From Candidatus Thorarchaeota archaeon (GTDB taxonomy: Archaea; Asgardarchaeota; Thorarchaeia; Thorarchaeales; Thorarchaeaceae): DNA of 64,000 nt. The stretch spans positions 64,001 to 128,000 of the forward strand of contig JAFGAR010000101.1 in NCBI GenBank assembly GCA_016933575.1, read 5' to 3'. Positions 57,803-64,000 of the stretch are shown here, in pieces. The position numbers and the translations under genes were made by a program. A model generated the notes under the pieces. That model worked only from the letters and a program-made list of their open reading frames with translations. It was not told the origin of the DNA and made no database searches. Numbering within the stretch: position 1 is the first letter of the stretch; the number at the start of each line of letters is the position of its first letter.

Positions 57803-59872
57803 ATGAATTGGAAGACTGGTCACACACTCATTTTGTTTCTACTTTTAGCCCCGTGTATTGGTTCGTCGTTCATCGATCCTTCTTCTAATTCATTTACGAA
57901 CAACATTGAAACCATGCCTAATGACACAATGTGTACCTCTGATGAGAATGGATTCTCCTTGACATGGACATCACGCTGGGAGCCAATTCCACAACCGGTG
58001 ACTAACAACTCAATAACAGTTGGAGATCATATTGTATTGAATGCATCATTTCCAGGTGGTCCAAGTGATCCCACCATAGTAAACTGTAGCATTGAACTAA
58101 CAAATGGGTATACATACTCAAACACAAGCCCTCTCGTCATTCCTCAAGGTGATCCTGCAGACCAGTTTCTCACTTATATCACGAAATCAGAATGGGATTG
58201 GGTATACCTTGAAGGAATCCAGAAGGGGTGGTGTGTAAATATCACGTTAGATTTTACAAATACTGATAGTGATGTCATGGCATTCTGGAACAACACTATC
58301 AACTTCATCTCTACAGGAGATTTATTAGGACTACAAATGGCGAGTGCAAACAAACCCGAAAGAGGATCTTTTGTTGCAAATAGGGAAGGAACACTTGCAA
58401 TAGGTATTCTAGATTTTGATAGTGCAGTCGGAAATTACACAATCGAAGTAGAAGTGGGTAATCAGGCGTTTGCAAGTAATAACGGTTCAGAGGTAATCTT
58501 AGATACATACTATGCATTCAAATCAAATGAAACCTTGAATGGCATTATAACTGGATTTACGGATACAAACGACACAACACTACATCATTTGTATAACTTC
58601 ACAATCTGCAATTTTTTCTCTCCAGTACTGTCATTATACCACATCTATGACCTAGGTGATGATGATTACAACATACTCTGGAACTGCTCAGACTCGAATA
58701 TGGATGACATTAATCTTTACTCAATTTATCTTAGCAATGATGGTGCATACACTTTTCAACTATTAGCCAACAATTTGAGTTCTGCATCATATATTTGGGA
58801 TTCAACAGGTTGGTTGTATACAACCTATTATTTTCGAATTCGTGCCTATAGTGTTGACCCGACCTATTACACTACTCCACATTTGCTTACTATTGATACA
58901 TACTGGCCAGGTGATTATACTGATCTGTTGGTTGGTCCCTATTACGGAGGTAGTACTAACATAGATCCTCCTCCTGTTGATATCATAAAGAACGTATTTC
59001 TTTTGTCTCCAGAAGATACAAGCCTCGAAGAGGCTTCAGCAGATTGTTTCATCAGGTGGGACCTAATATTTTCTAATGGCCAAAACTTTCCTGCTGGTTT
59101 TTCTTACACGATTACATGTGATGGTATAGAAGCAGTAGTTGGATACTGGTCATATGGGTCTGTCAATTCGATTACATTTGATGCAAGCGAATTATCACCT
59201 GGTGTGCATAGCATTACTCTTAGCTACACGAATCCGGGAGATGCTGGTGGATTCTATTCAGACACTGTAATGGTCACGATTATACCAAGAAGAGGAACGC
59301 TTGTCTATTTTGATATTATGACTTTGTCTGTAATTGTCCCAATCTTTGCATTAGCTGTAGTTTCGTATACTATTATTAAACATAATAGGATACAAGTAAT
59401 TGATGATGCAATGATAAAGGAAATTACTGTGCCTGCTTGTCTATCAGAAGTCTGGAATGCTTGGACAACTACTGAAGGTGCAAAGACTTTCTTCGCACCT
59501 GAAACAAATATAGAACCTTGGGCCGGTGGCTACTATGAGATCTTCTTTAATCCCGATAGTCTCCCCGGAGAACGCGGCGCTGAAGGCCTTCATATTCTTG
59601 AATTCGAACCAGAATATCTGCTTTCATTCGAGTGGAATAATCCACCTTCAATCCCAGCAATTCGAAATGAGAAAACTAAGGTTGTCATCAAGTTCGAAAG
59701 GTCGGGTCCTGACTCAACCACCATCAGACTTGAACATTCAGGATGGAAGACTGGACCAAACTGGGAGAAAGCTTACCAGTATTTTGTAAAAGCATGGGAT
59801 ATTGTGCTTGGCCGTCTCGAGAAGCGATTCATTGAAGGACCAATTGATTGGAATGCTCTGAATCGGGAATAG
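57803..59872 (+). CDS. secreted beta-sandwich surface protein + TM + C-terminal SRPBCC (AHSA1/START-like) domain
   Basis: Signal peptide, N-x-S/T-rich beta domains and a TM near nt 59315-59377. These are followed by EVWNAWTT..G..FF, LSFEW, IRLEHSGW and AWDIVLGRL. Confidence 0.8.
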   Translation: MNWKTGHTLILFLLLAPCIGSSFIDPSSNSFTNNIETMPNDTMCTSDENGFSLTWTSRWEPIPQPVTNNSITVGDHIVLNASFPGGPSDPTIVNCSIELTNGYTYSNTSPLVIPQGDPADQFLTYITKSEWDWVYLEGIQKGWCVNITLDFTNTDSDVMAFWNNTINFISTGDLLGLQMASANKPERGSFVANREGTLAIGILDFDSAVGNYTIEVEVGNQAFASNNGSEVILDTYYAFKSNETLNGIITGFTDTNDTTLHHLYNFTICNFFSPVLSLYHIYDLGDDDYNILWNCSDSNMDDINLYSIYLSNDGAYTFQLLANNLSSASYIWDSTGWLYTTYYFRIRAYSVDPTYYTTPHLLTIDTYWPGDYTDLLVGPYYGGSTNIDPPPVDIIKNVFLLSPEDTSLEEASADCFIRWDLIFSNGQNFPAGFSYTITCDGIEAVVGYWSYGSVNSITFDASELSPGVHSITLSYTNPGDAGGFYSDTVMVTIIPRRGTLVYFDIMTLSVIVPIFALAVVSYTIIKHNRIQVIDDAMIKEITVPACLSEVWNAWTTTEGAKTFFAPETNIEPWAGGYYEIFFNPDSLPGERGAEGLHILEFEPEYLLSFEWNNPPSIPAIRNEKTKVVIKFERSGPDSTTIRLEHSGWKTGPNWEKAYQYFVKAWDIVLGRLEKRFIEGPIDWNALNRE

Positions 59873-60134
59873 CATTTGTTATGCATGAGATGCTTTGTTA
59901 ACATTCGTTGTACCCTGTCAACAAGTTTCATAGGGAAAATTGAGGATTCTATAATTTAGGTTTTGGGGCCATACTACTTGAGATGAGAACTCAGTGCTCT
60001 ACTTTTGAAACTTGTTCTGACTCCTAACAATCGTATCTTGGTTCCTTATTTGATAAACAAGAATATACTGATTGAGAAGTGGTCTACATGCCAAATCATC
60101 ATCACGCTGGACAGGCGACAAAGAGAATGACAAG

Positions 60135-60163
60135 GGTACTCCTAGCAATAACCTAGGAGTACC
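60135..60163 (-). terminator. hairpin downstream of ppdK
   Basis: GGTACTCCTAG-N7-CTAGGAGTACC, 7 nt after the stop. Confidence 0.55.
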
Positions 60164-60170
60164 TTGTTGA

Positions 60171-62897
60171 TTATTTAGAGTACTTTTCTTTTATCGCAGC
60201 TTGAGCAGCAGCCAGTCGAGCAATTGGTAATCGATAGGGTGAACATGAGACATAATCAAGCCCTATCTCGTGGAAGAATTCTACGGATCTTGGGTCTCCG
60301 CCATGCTCACCACAGACACCCAGTTTGATATCTGGTCTGGTCTTTCTACCCCTCTCGATGGCAATCTCCATGAGTTGACCTACACCACGTTTGTCAATGC
60401 TGACAAAGGGATCATTTCTTAGAATGTGGAGATCTAAGTAGTCTGGAAGGAATGAATCGATGTCATCTCTACTGAAACCAAATGACATCTGTGAGAGGTC
60501 GTTTGTTCCAAAGGAGAAGAACTGAGCAGACTGAGCCATATCACCAGCACGCATGCACGCACGTGGGATCTCGATCATGGTTCCATACATATATGGAATA
60601 TCAGCTCCTACCTCATTCTTGACTTCATCATAGACCTTCTCGACAATGAGTTGCATTGTCTTTAGCTCTGCAGCACCAATAGTCACAGGAATCATGATCT
60701 CTAGATGGACCTCCTTCCCCTCTTTGAGGAGTTCAGCTCCAGCCTCGAGGATTGCACGAACCTGCATTTCGTAGATCTCAGGATAGGTGATTCCAAGACG
60801 TACGCCACGATGACCCATCATAGGGTTATTTTCGTGGATTTGTTCTCCACGCTTGTGAACATCCTCCGCACTGATACCAAGAGCAACAGCTAGTTTCTCC
60901 TGTCCAAACTTGCTCTGCGGAACGAATTCATGGAGTGGTGGATCCAGTAATCTGATGGTCACAGGGTGTCCGTCCATTACCCTAAGGGTAGCCTTGATGT
61001 CCTGTTTGACATAGGGGGCAAGTTCTTTGAGGGCATGAAGCCGCTCAGCTCGAGTATTACTAAGGATCATCTTTCGTAAGAGGAAAAGCGGTTCATCCGA
61101 ACCTTCTCCATAGAACATATGTTCAGTTCTGAAGAGCCCTATCCCTTCAGCTCCGAAGGCTAACGCAACCTTAGCATCTTCTGGTGTGTCTGCATTTGCT
61201 CGTACGCCAAGTCTCCGATATTTATCAATGAGTCCCATGAACTCTTTAAGCCGCGGATTCTCAGTAGCTTCAATCATTGGAAGTTCACCCGAGTAAACCA
61301 GACCTTGAGTACCATTTAGTGTGAGATAATCGCCTTCCTTGTATAATTGTCCGTCAATGGTCACTGTCTTTTCGTAGGTGTTGATATCAAGACCTGATGC
61401 ACCAACAATACAACATTTGCCCCAACCACGTGTGACCAGAGCTGCATGACTTGTCATTCCACCACGAGCTGTCAGGACTGCATTTGCAGCACGCATACCC
61501 TCAATATCTTCAGGTGAGGTCTCTTCACGGATCAATACGATATGCTTCCCTTTCCTATTCCATTCCACAGCGGCTTCCGAGGTAAATACAATCTGACCTA
61601 CTGCCCCACCGGGTCCAGCAGGAAGCCCTCTGGCGATAGGGGTTGCTTTAGCTTCTGCTTCTGGATCTAGGATCGGGTAGAGAAGCTGTCCAAGTTGTTC
61701 AGGAGCTACTCTAAGGATAGCTGTTGGTTCATCAATGAATTTAGTATGAAGCATGTCCATAGCAATATTGAGTGCAGCTGTAGCTGTTCTCTTACCTACA
61801 CGATGTTGGACCAAGAATAGCTTGTTCTCTTGAATGGTGAACTCGAGGTCGATCATATCCTTTGTATCCTTCTCAAGAGTATCCCTGATTGCTACAAGTT
61901 GATTGTACATCTCAGGCATTACTTCTTCGAGAGTTGGAAGGTCTTTGCTCTGGTCGTTCTTGCTCTCTTCATTCATGGCATTCGGAGTACGCGTACCTGC
62001 TACAACATCCTCTCCCTGCGCGTTGATTAGAAACTCACCATAGAACTTGTTTTCGCCAGTTGCAGGATTTCTTGAAAATGCTACTCCAGTAGCGCTATGA
62101 TCACCCATATTGCCAAAGACCATAGCTTGCACTGTACACGCTGTGCCCCACTCATCAGGTATGTTTTCAATGCGACGATAGGCGACAGCTCTTGCACCAC
62201 CCCATGATTTGAAGACGGCACCAACTGCTCCCCAAAGTTGTTCGTAGGGTTCGTCAGGAAATTCTTTGCCAAGAGTCTTCTTTACTGCATCTTTGAATTC
62301 CTTGCAGAGTTCCTTTAGTTGTGCTACGTTCAGACAGGTATCCGTTAGACAGCCTGCCTTCTTCTTCTTTGCTTCAAGTAGGCGTTCCATCTGCTGTCTG
62401 ATACCATGTCCTTCTTCTGGTTCAATTCCTGCGGCTTTTTCCATGACCACATCGCTATACATCATGATTAGTCTTCTGTAGGAGTCATAGACGAATCTCT
62501 CATTCTTTGTAGTTTCAATCAAGCCTGGAATTGTTGATGTTGTAAGGCCTACGTTCAGGACTGTTTCCATCATCCCCGGCATACTCTGGCGAGCGCCTGA
62601 TCTTGCTGAAACTAGTAATGGATTCTTTGAGTCCCCAAATTTCATGCCCATAGTCTTCTCAACAAATGAGAGGGCTTCTTTAATTTCAGCCTTAATTTTG
62701 TCACTTAACCCGCCTGTTTTTAAGTACAGATTACAAACCTCTGTGGAAATCGTGAAACCAGGTGGTACTGGCAATCCAAGAAGTGTTGCACCAGCTAATG
62801 AGGCACCTTTTCCTCCAAGAAGATTCTTCATACTTCCAGTCCCATCAGCTGTTTTAGCTCCAAATCTGAATACGTGCTTATCTTCACTCTTTGTCAT
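60171..62897 (-). CDS. ppdK: pyruvate, phosphate dikinase
   Basis: LLGGKGA, RSGARQSMPGMM, GGMTSHAA (phospho-His), GIGLFRTEHMF, FSFGTNDL and CGEHGG. Confidence 0.98.
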   Translation of the reverse strand: MTKSEDKHVFRFGAKTADGTGSMKNLLGGKGASLAGATLLGLPVPPGFTISTEVCNLYLKTGGLSDKIKAEIKEALSFVEKTMGMKFGDSKNPLLVSARSGARQSMPGMMETVLNVGLTTSTIPGLIETTKNERFVYDSYRRLIMMYSDVVMEKAAGIEPEEGHGIRQQMERLLEAKKKKAGCLTDTCLNVAQLKELCKEFKDAVKKTLGKEFPDEPYEQLWGAVGAVFKSWGGARAVAYRRIENIPDEWGTACTVQAMVFGNMGDHSATGVAFSRNPATGENKFYGEFLINAQGEDVVAGTRTPNAMNEESKNDQSKDLPTLEEVMPEMYNQLVAIRDTLEKDTKDMIDLEFTIQENKLFLVQHRVGKRTATAALNIAMDMLHTKFIDEPTAILRVAPEQLGQLLYPILDPEAEAKATPIARGLPAGPGGAVGQIVFTSEAAVEWNRKGKHIVLIREETSPEDIEGMRAANAVLTARGGMTSHAALVTRGWGKCCIVGASGLDINTYEKTVTIDGQLYKEGDYLTLNGTQGLVYSGELPMIEATENPRLKEFMGLIDKYRRLGVRANADTPEDAKVALAFGAEGIGLFRTEHMFYGEGSDEPLFLLRKMILSNTRAERLHALKELAPYVKQDIKATLRVMDGHPVTIRLLDPPLHEFVPQSKFGQEKLAVALGISAEDVHKRGEQIHENNPMMGHRGVRLGITYPEIYEMQVRAILEAGAELLKEGKEVHLEIMIPVTIGAAELKTMQLIVEKVYDEVKNEVGADIPYMYGTMIEIPRACMRAGDMAQSAQFFSFGTNDLSQMSFGFSRDDIDSFLPDYLDLHILRNDPFVSIDKRGVGQLMEIAIERGRKTRPDIKLGVCGEHGGDPRSVEFFHEIGLDYVSCSPYRLPIARLAAAQAAIKEKYSK

Positions 62898-63169
62898 ATG
62901 ATGTCAACTCACCTTGCTGACATTCGTGTAAAGTCTATTTCAATATCCGACGTCTCGGATTAACTCATTCGAATGATTTGCAATAGTTATTGTGCAGGGG
63001 CTCTAGAACCACTGCGATTATTGTAAATCATTAGTAACTTCCTTTATAATCTGTCTATAGTGGCGGTATTTTTTGAACTGATGGTTATGCCGAAAGCCTT
63101 TTCCCGAAACTCACTGCCTTTTGCAAAGCAACTCAATGAGTAGTGCACATACTGCAAGAGGACTATATC

Positions 63170-64000
63170 ATGATTGACCTCACAAAGAATGAGACCCAAC
63201 TAAAGAGAACTGTTGAGCGTTGCCGCGAACGAAATATTGTGATTCCAACTTTTGCTCAGATGAAGGACCCCAGCACAGTCCCAAAGAAGATCAAGGATGA
63301 CCTTCGCAACATCGAATTATGGGATGTTGTTCCTCAGAATCTATTTAGAATCACTTGGAAGAACGAACCTATTGAGAAGGGAGGTCTCTATCAGCCTCTT
63401 GCAAACTATATGGAGATTCCTCCAGAGCTCACTGGTGTTGAAGCACGGATCATTGCTTTAGTAGGAAAGTGGTTTCCCACTGGTGCACATAAGGTAGGCG
63501 CGACGTTTGGTTGTTTAGTACCTCCCCTTGTAACAGGTCAGTTTGACCCCACTTATCATAAAGCCGTCTGGCCATCCACAGGTAACTACTGCCGTGGTGG
63601 TGCCTATGATGCAACTCTTCTTGCGTGTGAGAGTGTCGCAATTCTACCAGAGGAAATGAGTCAGGAGCGTTTCGATTGGCTCAAGACGGTAGCTGGTGAG
63701 ATCATTGCTACTCCGGGGTGTGAGAGTAACGTAAAGGAGATCTACGACAAGGTCTGGGAACTAAGAAGGACTCGTGAAGATGTCTTTGTATTCAACCAAT
63801 TCTCCGAATTTGGTAACTACCTCTTTCACTATGATGTTACAGGTCATGCAATGGATGAAGTTCTTCATCACGAGCTTGGAAATGACACATATCGCGGAGT
63901 CTGCTTAACGACTGGTTCTGCCGGTACTCTTGGTTGCGGGGACTATCTAAAGCAGGCTTATCCAACATCTAAGATTGCCGCTGGCGAGGCTGTTCAATGT
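63170..64000 (+). CDS. PLP-dependent fold-type II enzyme (cysteine synthase / TrpB-like), 3'-truncated; absent from the ORF track
   Basis: Translates as MIDLTKNE...FPTGAHKVGA (PLP Lys), WPSTGNYCRGG, NQF, TGSAGTLG...GEAVQC. Open to the window end. Confidence 0.88.
   Translation, partial: MIDLTKNETQLKRTVERCRERNIVIPTFAQMKDPSTVPKKIKDDLRNIELWDVVPQNLFRITWKNEPIEKGGLYQPLANYMEIPPELTGVEARIIALVGKWFPTGAHKVGATFGCLVPPLVTGQFDPTYHKAVWPSTGNYCRGGAYDATLLACESVAILPEEMSQERFDWLKTVAGEIIATPGCESNVKEIYDKVWELRRTREDVFVFNQFSEFGNYLFHYDVTGHAMDEVLHHELGNDTYRGVCLTTGSAGTLGCGDYLKQAYPTSKIAAGEAVQC

Noticed and set aside
59873-60130. Short ORF (about 41 aa) in the gap before the ppdK terminator
   Set aside because: No ATG, RBS or recognisable motif.
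63075-63150. Hammerhead-like pieces (CTGATGG…CGAAACTCA…TGAGTA)
   Set aside because: The core is CUGAUGG rather than CUGANGA, and stems I and II do not pair properly.

Overview
Gene-dense archaeal chromosome segment with about 51 intact or edge-truncated CDS. I found no rRNA, tRNA, CRISPR array, integrase or transposase. Two Rab/Ras-like small GTPases, a longin-like protein, a membrane-anchored PCI-like winged-helix protein, an archaeal-type ThrRS and paralogous beta-helix surface proteins point to an Asgard archaeon, most plausibly Thorarchaeia (inference). Most genes are housekeeping or catabolic: copA, corA, M29 aminopeptidase, pduO, thiolase, thrS, ilvA, tdh, ppdK, GNATs, SAM methyltransferases and transporters. 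The best candidate for an undescribed system is a co-oriented cluster at 5628-8589 (- strand): Rab-like GTPase, Zn-ribbon protein, longin-like protein and a 15-TM protein that looks like two fused 7TM units. Other notable items are a molybdopterin oxidoreductase with a 2[4Fe-4S] ferredoxin inserted inside its C-terminal cofactor-binding domain, an SCP2 / VAO-type flavoprotein / CCG Fe-S operon, a membrane protein made of five tandem hairpin repeats, an unexplained GC-rich structured element upstream of thrS, a duplicated palindromic operator between a GbsR/MarR regulator and corA, a surface-protein::SRPBCC fusion, and an unannotated pseudogene remnant of a beta-helix surface protein. All family assignments come from motif recognition by eye; no searches were run.
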